Shown here: positions 39,734 to 52,329 of the stretch, piece after piece
How the letters are laid out: every line of letters begins with the position of its first letter
Position numbering within the stretch: position 1 is the first letter of the stretch
NCBI GenBank assembly: GCA_037379345.1
Contig: CM074511.1
Coordinates: 30,758,862 to 30,822,861 of the forward strand
Direction of reading: 5' to 3'
DNA: 64,000 nt
Source of the DNA: Perna viridis
Taxonomy: Eukaryota
Notes under the pieces: generated by a model
What the model saw: the letters and a program-made list of their open reading frames with translations, nothing else
What the model was told of the DNA's origin: nothing
Databases searched by the model: none
Made by a program: the position numbers and the translations under genes

Positions 39734-42567
39734 CACTACGATGACCAATAAACTTAGAATGGCACCAGGGACTGTATTAAAATTGTCTTTGAGGTATACA
39801 GTTTTATCTTGCTGTATATAAATGATAACCTATTGCTTAATATCATTTTAAGTTTAAAACGCTTGTTTGTTAAAACGAACAATTTATAATATACCAATGT
39901 TTAAACGGTACATGTGTATAATATTGACAATAAATTCAATAAAATATTTTGATTCAACGTTATAATTTATGGAAGAAAGCTCAATATAGATTTCCTTTAA
40001 TTTTGACTCTTTTTTTAAACTAACGCGGCATGGATGAGCGTATCATATACTTTTAAAAGCCTTTAATTTCTATACGTTTGATTGATTTGATATTTAATTT
40101 TACTAAACTATGGAATCATGTGTAAACATTTCATTTAGTTTTTTTTAAAGAATTTTCAGGGAAGTGTCAATATGTTGCTACTGTAATATCATCACCACTA
40201 ACATTTTTTGTTTAGTTAACATTAAAACTATATCAATGCTCCATAATGGTACTTATATTCCTTTAAAACATTTATAATACCCTATACATTATTCAAAAAG
40301 TCAAAATTTTCTTTATGTCTACATAGATGTATATTCTTCTGGAGTGAAATATTCCAGCTGATTCTGCAGTTGGGGTTGTCAGCTTGGCAGGATTTATGAG
40401 ACCATATCCGTATTCCCTGGGCAAATCCAATATCTAAGCTTGTGGACATTCATTTATCCGCTCAGGAATATTTTTGTCAAGTCAAAATATTTGAATCAAG
40501 AGGTTATTTTTCATTGAGTGAACTTGTATTAATCAAAACACAGGAGGGTTTCAATTTTAAAAATTTAACAAAGAATGTGTGCTTCGTGCATATCATTAGT
40601 TTGAATTCATTATGAATTTTTCGAAAACACATACATTTATCAATACTGCCTTCTAGATCTTAAAGAATACCACTTATGATAAAAAGATACACTTCCTTCC
40701 CGACGAAAGTAATTTTAGTAATTTTCCACTTAATAAGTCCTTGACTGATAAGTTAGTACCGATATAAAAGAAGAGTTTATTTTAATCTTTATAGATTTTA
40801 TAAATTATAGATTCACTTTGCCAATGTTAACTGAGGTTGTTACACAATAGATTTAAATTGGCTTTATTTTACTAGATATATCCTTTTTCAAATGCAAAAT
40901 GACTTTGTTGCAAAACGTTTCCTCATACTCCAGGAAAAAAAAACCTATTTATAAAGATGAATCTCTATAAGAAAACAATTGTATTGTAAATAAGCATGTT
41001 TACGCTTACTTCCCTTGAAATACTTAAACAACCATAAACGGTTATATACTAAAATCTTAACAACATTACATATTGGGGAAAATGTATCTTGCGCTGGTTG
41101 GGAATATCTCCCAAGCCATTGACTCGTACAACATTTGATTTTGTGGAATAATAGAGTTTCTGTTTAAAAGTAACCGTATGAATTAATCGATTAAAGTGAT
41201 TTTCATTTTCAGAACGATTTAATTGAAATAATTGAGTTTCTGTTGAAAAGTAATGAATCACTTAATTATTTTTGTTAAATTCAGTAAGTGTATTAGGAAA
41301 CGGAGATTTTTTGGAATATGGCACTATACACTTTACTTAATAAAGAAACTTTTTGAAATATGCACTTTTTGGTGACATTTATATGCAGAAGAAAAAATAG
41401 TTTCATAACAAATTCATGGGTTACAGTTTTTCTCAAAGGCCGAGTTTTCCCCGGCAATACTCTTTTTTAATGAGGTTGAATATTACATGGTTGTTCTTCA
41501 ATTGTGTTATGGAAGTATGTTATCTTTCACGTAATATCACACATCACTTTTATTTAAGGCAGACATTTCCTTCTCTAAATTATTCTTGAAAAAGATCAAA
41601 CAAAAATCTTCATTCATCTTACAATATATGAAAGATGTTATCAAAACATCGGAACTGCAAAATTCAAAGTGAATTGAAAATCCAACAAGTCTTTTACAAG
41701 CAGAACAGAGATGAACTCTTGGAAGTATCTGACGTTAATTGACTCAGACAAAGCTCGGAAAACGTGTTTATACTGCCAAATGGTTTGCCAGCAGCATCTC
41801 TAAATGTTCGCTCCCAACTGCTGTTTGAATAATAAATCTTATCATTAAGTACTTATACACTATTAACCTTTGGCGATCAATGGTTGTATATTTAAGAATG
41901 GTATACAAATTTGAGTACATTTAAGAAACAAGCATTGTGGTAAAAGCAGTATTTTGGTGAAAGTTGATATTTATTTGGGTTGTGTAAAAAATTGCGGCAA
42001 TTCTAAAAGCGCTGATATTGTGTCAGTTTAAAATATAATGTAACGCCAGAAGTTGTAGTTTCATTTTGTCTGTTAATCGACATAATATGATTTTTTGGAA
42101 GAAGTAGGCAAGTATGTACTTGAGTTTTTTTTCAACGGTGCACCAGGTTCATATTTCAAGATTTTGAAGGCGACCAAATTAACAATTCAGTTTCCTTTCC
42201 TGTCCTTTTTTAATATATAAATGCTGAATAATACAAGGCCAGTGATTTTCCTTCATTGACTATGTTTATACACTTAACACTTGAAGACAATGGAAAACGA
42301 AATAGAGGTAAAACATATGTCACAAAAAATATTCTTATTTAAAGAGAGACCTTTCATAGTGTTAGCAGGGGAACATGTAGAAAAGACAGGAAAGGAATGG
42401 AAAGAATGGATCTTTTTTCTACTTTATATGACAATGACTTGGCACTTGTATCTGGCCTTGGTTTTATTATTTCAATAATGACTTACTTTTTAATTTCAAT
42501 AATAAAATGACTACATAAAAACTGACATTTCCTACGAGTAACCAAAACATATAGTACCGTAGTCTGG

Positions 42568-42740
42568 ACTATTGTGAAAGTACTATTATTCGTGGGTACC
42601 AATTTTCGTGGTTAAGGAAAAAATACGTCAGTTCGTAGATTCTTGAATGCGGGGATCTGACAACTCTATCATACAAATGAATGAGAAATATCTCTTTCGT
42701 TGGGAACCAAGTTTCATGGTTATGAAACTCATGAAAGAAT
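42568..42740. mobile_element. MITE-like relic with TTCGTGG internal repeats
   Basis: TACTATTGTGAAAGTACTATTATTCGTGGGTACCAATTTTCGTGG start, with related internal units. No clear second TIR. Confidence 0.35.
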
Positions 42741-43901
42741 TATGAAAGAATAAACCGGTTTGATATATAAAATATCGCAAATGACAGTCTAACAATATAT
42801 TCATAATAGTCACGCAAAACAATTTCACTGTGAGAATAGATAAATTTTCATTTTTATTGGTTTTTTTGTAATACAATATACTAACATGTCGCTTCTAACA
42901 ATTATCATACATGATAACTTCATGTGTCACCGACGAGATCTACACAATATACAGTATAACCGGGTTTCTATTTTTCAGTTTCAGTGGCTAATTATAGAAA
43001 TGAAACAACTAAAACGACAGACAAAAATAATGTCAAATATGAACACACCCGCTTGAACATTCTTGACGAATATGTCACATGTTTGCGGTGTACTTATCAT
43101 TACTAATAACAATTGATATTGTATGAATTCGTGGTAAGAAGGAAGTTTATGACAAATGAGTCAGACTGTACTTTGGAGGGTCATTTGTTTTTTTTTATTT
43201 TTGTACCTATGTTTCATTTTCCTAAAACAACATATTAGAAGTATTATTAAGTGGCACTCCCGCTAAGGATCATGCAAAATGTGATTCATGGGTAAAAAGC
43301 CTACGCATTTTATTTTTGATATTTTGTTTGAAATGTCATAGTAAACAGAAATAAACATGTGGTTTTTCATATAATTCGTGCTCTTAGGAGATAAAAATAT
43401 ATAGAATGCACTGTAGATTTCAAAGTTAAGGGAGATAACTCTGTAAATGACGCTCAAATACAATAGAATCTACTGTATTTTTCAATGTCGATTGTCTCAT
43501 AAGAGCAGCCATATTTGAATGAATAATTACACATTTCATAGTATAAACCAATAAAACAACTTAATTACAAAAATAAAAATATGTAGCTTTTTTTGGGGTG
43601 TATCACATTTTTCAGAATTTGCATGATTCTTACAAGAACAGATACTTAATTTGTTTTGCAATAAGATAGTTTTGGAAAACGAGAACATCTTACTCGAGTG
43701 TGTATGAACATTTGCATGAACATAAGCGTTGATAATTACAATCAATTTGTTTATTACGAATATTTTGAAGTAAACTATATTTTACACTTTTATTTTGACG
43801 CATCACGGGCCCCATTGACGGGTCATGCTCAGTAGTAAAATATGAATAATTTTGCACACTCACACAAATATAAATTCATCAATACTATTCATTTACTATA
43901 A

Positions 43902-43945
43902 TACTACTGATGAGAAGTTACTGCTTGGTACAAATGTACAGCATA
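43902..43945 (+). ncRNA. Degenerate hammerhead ribozyme copy (core GAAA mutated to GGTA)
   Basis: CTGATGAGAAGTTACTGCTTGGTACAAATGTACAGCAT aligns without gaps to 44224-44261. Confidence 0.6.
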
Positions 43946-44179
43946 CCGAAATTTGTATTATTCATATGATTGACACTTTAGCATCAATCATATGAATAAT
44001 ATCCCGAATAATATCACATTTTATCTACTTTATTTATGAAATCTTGCAGTATTCCAAATTTAAAAATACGTAAAACACCGAGGCTTCATTCCTTGAATTG
44101 TATATGGTAGAACGTCTCGGTGATGGATTTGGCTTCCTCTTTCGATAGATGTGATTATGAGTACTTCTTGTTTACAACT

Positions 44180-44465
44180 ATTATTTTGATTATGATCTTC
44201 CTACACATTTGATTTTAATGCTGCTGATGAGAGGTTACTCCTTGAAACACGTGTACAGCATATCGAAATTTACAATTATTAAAACTGGTGGTTTTGCATT
44301 TTTGTTTAGAAACTACTTGGTCGACCCCACTTGATCAAATGTGCCCGAGGGAATTCACAAGCACAGTAGTCACACTTGACTGAAAAAACACGTTCCAAGT
44401 ATACCGGACTATATTAATATCATTGGTATTTTTTTGTCTTCAATTTCATACAATTAATCGGAAAA
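44180..44465 (+). mobile_element. Retrozyme-like / Penelope-associated non-autonomous element carrying a hammerhead ribozyme
   Basis: ~285 bp insertion absent from the paralogous site (~19815). Non-coding and contains a minimal type I hammerhead. Confidence 0.65.
44218..44261 (+). ncRNA. Minimal type I hammerhead ribozyme
   Basis: Stem I AUGCUG/CAGCAU (6 bp), core CUGAUGA (44224-44230), stem II GAGG-uuacu-CCUU, GAAA (44244-44247), palindromic stem III ACACGUGU, and GUA triplet with predicted cut after 44255. Confidence 0.8.
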
Positions 44466-45396
44466 CTAGCTCAAAGGAAAACAAATAATCGAACACCAGA
44501 TACAATTGCATTAGGGATTAAAACATCTCAAGCCCCTTTTGGTAAGATATAAATGAACCATAACTCAATGAAAATCGTTAGAGAGCGATTGGATGTATAT
44601 TCCGGCCGACGGAGATTTTTTTTATTCTGTACTGGCACTGGTGTAAGATTTTTATGAATAATTATCTTTAAACATTAAAAATAGTTAAAAATGTGGTTGA
44701 TCAGAAATAGAAAAATCTGTAGTTATTTAAAGAGAACACTAAACTGAATTAGACAATATCAAGAAAACTGTTTTTTTATTGTCATGGAAACCATTATCGC
44801 ACACAAAAAACGTGAGAAGTTAAGCAAGAAGTGACCAGTTGCATTCATTCTATGAAATGTTCATTCAAAAACAGTATAAAACGTACTCGGTAAACTCGTT
44901 ATTTCATACATTCGGATGACTGCTGTTTCCTTATCATGCAGAAGGTATAGCAGATGTAGTTTGTAGAAATAAAAAAAATCGTTTGATCCTATATAAACGT
45001 AAATGCATTGCGAAAGAAGCAAGATAATCCGTCAATGTTGGTTTACTTTGGAATGTATGCCATCCTGATCGGTATTATCAATGGAAACTTAAACTGTTGC
45101 CGTTTTATTTCACAACATCTGAACTCTCCAATATTTCAGGTAATTTAAACTGTAACCCAAACACAAAACTAAAGGAAATTGATACTTTTAACTTCCTTAA
45201 ATTTCCCAGCTTAATATTGAATGAAAACTTACATTTATTTGAAACAATGTATAAAGCGGATATTTCTTATGAAACTTCAAACAGCGCACTATCGGTATCG
45301 GACATGGGCTATTTCAGCATATCTTATAGGAAACTGGTACCAGTAAAGAGAAATTTAACTGCGCATGAAGTAGAATGTGAAGAACAATGTGTGAAA

Positions 45397-46542
45397 ATGT
45401 ACCTTGATAATTACCCAAACATGACTATTCAAGAATGGAATGGGATGATTGTGGATAATCTTTTACCAAATATTGTAATATTGTTTATCTTCATATTTTT
45501 AGCAGCATTTGGAAACGTTTTAGTGATATTAGTGTATAACTTTCGAATGAGAGGCTATTCTGAGGAGAGATACTACATACCGATTTTATCCGTTTTTGAT
45601 CTAATTGCTGCAACGTATTGCGGTGGCTTTATGATCTATCAATGTTTCCATCAAGTGACATTCCAGAACGAGATTTTGTGTAAAACTTTGCAGTTTTTTG
45701 TAGGTTTTGTGACATATATTCCTATTCTACTTTTGGTTATCATTTCTTTCCAACGATATCTGCGGGTTTGCAAGCCGCTGAAACCACCGATGACTGTAGG
45801 AATAAGGCGCAGCCTAGTAGTAGTAAGCGTCCTGATATCATTTGCTGGTGCAATGCCTTTGGGATTCGTTTTTGGAACCATTCCACATCAAAGTTCACGC
45901 TATAATTTAACTGGAAGTCGATGTGGAAAAATTAACACGGGAATTCGATTAGTGAGAGCAATTTATTCGATAGTATTGGGCGTTCTTGCTCTTGCAGTAT
46001 TCTCTGTACTCATTTTCCTTTATTTCAAAATAGGAGCAGTTGTTTATAAGAACTACAAAAAGACAAACAAGAAGAGCAAGTTAAATCTCAGCAACGAAGA
46101 AAGTCGAAAGAACTCGGATGAAAATAAAGAAACGTCTGTTGAAAATACTGAATATTTGACAGATTACGAAACCAAATCTGTAGACTGCGATGACACAGAT
46201 TCAAAACCATCCAATACAACAATACCAATGTCTTCAGTTAAAGTGTCGAACAAACTGGGTAAAAAAAATCGCCGATTAACATATAAACTTGCAATTATAT
46301 TTTTTGTTATAACTTTAGTATTTTTTGTGAGCTTCATTCCAAAAGCATCGGTTCTTTTTGTTGAAAGTGTGGATAAAGAATTTTGGGAGACACTTTCTGA
46401 TGAAGAGAGGCCAGGAGTCGTGTTTATATATGATATATTCATTCTAAACAATATCGCAAATCCTATCATTTATATTTTGATGGATACTAAATTTAAGAAC
46501 GAAGCAACATTAATGCTGAAACAAGCATTTACGCTACAATGA
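45397..46542 (+). CDS. Intronless class A orphan GPCR, 381 aa from the paralog-aligned ATG
   Basis: 7TM with GN, LSVFD, QRY, SFIP, NPIIY. Strongly similar to 14816-15952. The frame is open upstream to 45097, with an alternative in-frame ATG at 45247. Confidence 0.92.
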   Translation: MYLDNYPNMTIQEWNGMIVDNLLPNIVILFIFIFLAAFGNVLVILVYNFRMRGYSEERYYIPILSVFDLIAATYCGGFMIYQCFHQVTFQNEILCKTLQFFVGFVTYIPILLLVIISFQRYLRVCKPLKPPMTVGIRRSLVVVSVLISFAGAMPLGFVFGTIPHQSSRYNLTGSRCGKINTGIRLVRAIYSIVLGVLALAVFSVLIFLYFKIGAVVYKNYKKTNKKSKLNLSNEESRKNSDENKETSVENTEYLTDYETKSVDCDDTDSKPSNTTIPMSSVKVSNKLGKKNRRLTYKLAIIFFVITLVFFVSFIPKASVLFVESVDKEFWETLSDEERPGVVFIYDIFILNNIANPIIYILMDTKFKNEATLMLKQAFTLQ

Positions 46543-48378
46543 AACATCTGGAGTGCCTCATGGAAGCTCGTTACTGATTATTAATTGTTAATCTATTATT
46601 ATTTGTGTCTTTCATCTTATATGAAGGAATAAGGCACCGATCATTTTTGTATTGAGGGGAGGGTTGGGATATTTTTGAAAAAAAATATTAATTTCACTTT
46701 GAAGAAAAATTAAAAAAATTGGTGTGGCAAGAAAAAAAAATATGAAGTTGCTTAATGGTGAAAAAATGATGTTGCATTCTGTTTTTCATAAAAAAAAAAA
46801 GCTTAGGTAGAAAAGGAAAGGAGAGGAGAGGGATCTCATGTACATATTGTGAATGTAGCAGAAACTGCCACTCAGCATGTTAAATTATGTATGAAGAAGT
46901 ATGTAACAAATATCTTTAATATTAAAATTTTACGGTTTATAGTCGAAAAATTCATGATGTGATAGTGAGCAACTAAATGGATATCAATATCCAGAGACTT
47001 TTGTTTTATATTAATCCAGTATGTTAAACAAACTATTAGAAAGATGTAACCAATTTAGATTTTATCTCTACTAGAGAAAAGATAAGAATACCAGGCCGTT
47101 CGATTTTTTCCCATTGTGGAATTTACTTGACTAATTTACTACCTATAGTTTAAGACCAAAGAACTTATGTATGCATGTATATGTTAGCTGCAATAAGCAA
47201 AATCAGGCATTAAGCCTAAAGCCTAGTCAATAAGCTATTGACTAGTCAATTACTAATTGCCTAAAAAATCAGGCTTTTGGCTTATTCCCTGAATTGATAA
47301 TGGTCAAAATCTACTTATTTCCTAGGCAATAATAAATAATGAAAGAAAGAAAATATTGAATTTTAATCTTTTATACAAGCATGTTCAATAATGAACAAAT
47401 TAATGCGGCTGAAAACGTTCTCTTTGAAATGAAAAAAAGAAGACTATGCTATACTTTTAAGCAGTGAACTTACTTCTTATATTATATTTTATAGTTCTAT
47501 TAGAATTAGTTCGTAATGAGGATGTCCCTAGCCCTGACATATGGGACAGAAGCGTAAGAACTTATTATCTTTATGGTTGAAAAGTTCCCAAACAAGCACA
47601 ACATAATAAGCTCCGAGATGATGGCTTTATTGTCTTTAATGAGTATTTTGATCAACTTCAAATGTTATTTAACATTGCTAATAAGAACCTGAACTACTAA
47701 AATTTACTTATAGGTTATCTAAGTCCTCATTAAATTTGAGAAAGTGTAATTAAATCCAAATGGAATATGGTGATACCTTACAACACTTTAGACTTAATAG
47801 TAGTCTAATGTGCCTAATGCACAATGCACAATCTTAAAAGTTTTAATTCAGTAGAAAGTTAATCGACTGTAAAATATACAGCTTCTGCTGCCCACTAGCA
47901 GAGCGTGTGCTCTCAGACTTAAAGTCAATAAAAAATTATAAAAAGTTATTAACATTTGTAACAAAATACTATCCAACATTACATACAATCTCGTATTTGT
48001 TAAGAAAGCACTGGTCTTATATAAATTTAATGAGCCTGAATGCTCTCAACTATTAGAACCACCACTAAAGCAGACCCTGGTCAAACCTTTATAATGCAGG
48101 TCTTTCATGAACAAATAAACTATAAATATTACTCCATAGCATTTTTTAGCTGTTGAAGCTAAGATCATCACATGTATATACCTTTCGTTATATATGCATC
48201 TTTTACATAATACATTTAATTACGGGACTAATTAATATTTTAACTTTATGATCTGAAGCCAATGCAACATTCCTGAAATATACTTGTGATATTTGTATAT
48301 GTATTACAAAATACATTTGATTTCAATTAACTATAATTTTTCATCCGTCAATGAAACTTTATCCCTTAGACTGCCTCA

Positions 48379-49275
48379 ATGATTGCAAGCTGGAGTGTGG
48401 AGACATTATACGAAACTGGAAAAGATGCCCAGGCTGCAATAGAAATGGAGCGCTACAACCTTGATATTTTTGGACGAAGTTCGAAAGACATCATCATGAG
48501 CGGTCATACTATCTTCAGGGCAAACTTTACTGCACTCCGCACCACAAAACGAGGATGGCAACCATTAACATGAGAGCCAAATCATCATTGATCGAATAGA
48601 ATCTTGTGAGTGAAAGATTTTTAAGATTTATGTCAAAGATACAAAACCTAACAGTCATTCAATGCTACGCTCCTACCAATGTAGCAGAAGAAGAAGGCAA
48701 AGAGTTTTACAACCAGCTCAAAGCTACCCAAGATTGAACAACACTTGAGGCACCTTGATTGTGTGACATGAATGCCAAAAAAAAAAAAGAAGCAATATTT
48801 CACCTGTTCTGTTGACACTCGGACCTGCACGGGGCTCTACATCACATTGCACGACCAGTTTGAAAACATCTGGGAAACAGCCGACATCCCTGAAGAGTGG
48901 AGTTTAAGCTGCATCATCATGGTTCCAAAGGGCGACCTCAGCAACTGCCAAAAACTTGAGAGGAATTCAACCACTCTCCAGATTCCGATGCGATCGATCA
49001 TGTATTGACCAAATTGCCACATTACGGGTCATCATCGAGGGGTAATAGCAATCAGCCCTCTACATAAACTTTGTGGACTTCAAGAAGGCCTTAGCATAGT
49101 TAACAGAAATGCACTTTGTAAGGTACTAAGACACTGTGGAATCCCTGCCAAATTGTAAAGATTATCCGAGGACTCTACAAAAACACCAAATGCCATGTCA
49201 TCCATTAAACATTCTCACCATCCTTCAATGACCATACAAGAAATACTCCAAGGTTGTCTCCTGTCACCCCTTGTT
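48379..49275 (+). mobile_element. Heavily deleted RTE-clade LINE (APE + RT)
   Basis: IASWSVETLYETGK..AQ..EMERYNLDIFG, VIQCYAPTN, IWE..IPEEW..VPKGDLSNC, DQIATLRVII, LYINFVDFKKA, GIP, QGCLLSP. Confidence 0.85.
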
Positions 49276-52200
49276 TTCTATATAAGTGTACAATAACTTT
49301 AATTAGATATAATATTCAATCATGAATATATTCATAGATTGCTTCTTACCTAATTGATGTATATTGGGGTGCTAAAGGGCTATAGACTCTAGATTGATCA
49401 TGTATAATTGATTGTGACATGGGCTGTTTCTCTGCACAAGTCCCAGACTTTCTCGTGTATCGCAGGGGAAACTTTCCGGCCTGCACGACTCCCAGACTTT
49501 CTCGTGCTCTGTATGGTTTAGAAAAAAGAAGCAGCTCCTCATCAATCCCTGGCTACATACAAAGCCATGACTTGTTTAGGCCAAGTAAATTTCATCCAAC
49601 CCTCACCAAAAATATGGGGTGGTTGGGAGGATATAAGTTTTTTTTTTACTCCTTACCAATATTTGCTGGCCTAATTTTACCCTTTTGGTGTATAGACATG
49701 TTCTACATCCATAGCCGCATCAGTTTCAGAGAAGAAACATTATTTTGGTCACTATGAATTGAAAGATTTGTATATTGTAGTCCCTAAGTACAAGAAACTG
49801 AAGTGAAAGAAATCCTGATTTTGAAATTCCCGTCCCATTTAAAAATAAAAATGTCATTTTTTTAGAAGCAGGAGCGAATGTAAACCTATTAATTAATTTT
49901 ATTTGGTTTTAACAAGAATACAATATCTGATTATCTGAATCTTGACTTCCATAAGTCCTCCCTTGATATTTATATAATATTTTACATTTATTGTTTTATA
50001 TAAATTTGACCAGCAAAAAAATTCAAAAAACCTGCCATACTCTTGAAAAAAATTTGCACCAGGAAACTACAAAAATCATTCAATTGAAACCAGATAATGT
50101 ATACGGAGGTAATATCATTTGATAAAGAAATTGTGAAAGAGAAAACCCATTCAGGTAAGAAACAAATTGGCGGTGCACAAAGGATTTTGTGGTGAAGAAT
50201 TTGTGAAAGTTTTATCAAATTTTATTTAGCATTTAAAGCAGATCTGCGGATTTGGAGATGCCCCACCTTACTCGGCAAATGGCACTTTCAATTTATTGAA
50301 TAAAAAATCTCTAAAAGTTATCTAAATGCTTAAACAACATATTACAGTTGCGATTTGATAAAGAAATTTAATTTCATAAATTTGCATTCAGTAGTTTTAG
50401 ATAAGTTGAGAATAAGAAGTTGATCCAATCTTGTTTGACTATTGCCTAAGTTCATGTATTGCATTAGTAAACCCGAAAAGGCCATTCCGGTCAAAAAAAG
50501 AAAAGAAAGAAAAACATAAGGTGCACAGTGACTTCATGCTATTAAAACATTGTGCTTAAGTTTCATTGAATTCTATTCAGTGGATTACGAAAAGTTGCAG
50601 ATATGAAGATGGTTACTCACTAGTCGACATAAATATAGTGCGTTCATGTACTATATTAGAAAATCTCAAACGTAATTCTATTGAAAAAACGAAATAGGTG
50701 CACGATAGCATCATGTAATAAACAAATTTGCAAAAGTGTTGTTAAATTCTAATCTGTAGTATTAAAGGAAATCCATATTATAAATCGGTCCCTTTTGATC
50801 GACCAATGACAAGAAGTAACGTTTTATACCAGAAAACCCCTACAGTCATTCAGATCACAGCATAGATAGTGCGGCAGTCATTCACTTATACACAAAATAC
50901 CTCCATGGTTACAACTATGAAGTTCAATACTCATTAACTCAGACCGACTTTACTCTTCTGAATACTATCAATAAACAATGATGCATAAACAAATTTCTTA
51001 TCTGGGAATAATATTATTTGAATAAAACTCAAATTATGAAGGTCAAAACATTTGGCCCTACAATAAAAACTACAATAAAAATTTCGCGACCTTTCTGAAT
51101 TTTTCAATTTCTGAATTAATAATTTGGTGAATTAAATGATTTAATAACCAAACGCACATAGGACCTACAATACAAACATCCAGTCAAGTTGAAAACAAAT
51201 CCCTCACTCCAAAAAAAAAAATATGATAACCGTGAGCAAGCTTTATTTTGGAAAGCTTTAATTTATCTTAATGTCTGCTTTGGATTTGGAAAGTTAGAAT
51301 TTTTCATATTATGACTGTGCAGATTTCACGACAATCTACTGATATTCTACTGATTGTTTCACATTAAAATGACATGAGACATGTTGATCGTCGATCGCGA
51401 ACATAGGATACTGTAATGTTTTTTGTACAAATACATTTTATGGTGCCAGTTGCTTGTTTCTTTTTTTTAAATATTTAGACAGCCATTCTAGAAATTAAAT
51501 GATTTTCTATATATTATTTCACCACAATAATAAAGCATAACTGTTAAGATATTAGCAACTTGTCACTATTACATTATTGATTTTGGGCTTCCCCGATTTG
51601 TCGTTTGTTTTTTCCGCTGTACATTTTTTATAACTCTAAGACGGAAGTTTCACTTTGTTATTACGATATCCAAATTGTTTGCAAAACTGTAAATAAATTG
51701 ATAGAGATCGGTGTGATGAACCAAGGAAATTGAAAGAACAATATACAAACTATGTGAGTCAGACACAGAAAGGCCGGACATTTATCTATACTTATCCAAA
51801 TGTTCAAGAATCGACTACAACCATTTTGCATATTATTAGTTAATATCAATATTTTTTTCTTTGCGTATGTTTAGTAAAATCACTCAAAATGAGGTTCCGT
51901 TAAAACAAAATGCCATATTTTTTAATGGTTTATGGAGTAAACAGAGTAATCAAACCGATGTATCAAGAATAAAATGACATTGATACATAAACTCTGGCTT
52001 CAACGTGGAGGTCCTAATTGTTACTACAGCTACAGTTTTCTCAATATCGGGGGACAATTTTCAGGGAAGTTTACAAGGGTTATTTATACTTTTAATAGCT
52101 TTTTTCAGATTTTTAACATATGAAAATAAATCATTATATACAATTCATTTGAGTGTTTTTGTCTCTGATGGAAATTAACAAGAACAGGAAAACTAAAAAA

Positions 52201-52329
52201 ATTATCGTAGCTATGATACCATTGTCTCAGCGATGTTCATCAGCTGTTTGCAGAATTCGGTAGGTAATCAACCAACATCGTGATGGTAATAAAGGACAAA
52301 CACGAGAAAAGGAGAAATTATTATTTATT

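Noticed and set aside
52215-52250. Other CTGATGA matches (52238 on the minus strand, 14220, 33606, 35765, 46397)
   Set aside because: No properly placed GAAA/stem III/stem I, so not hammerheads.
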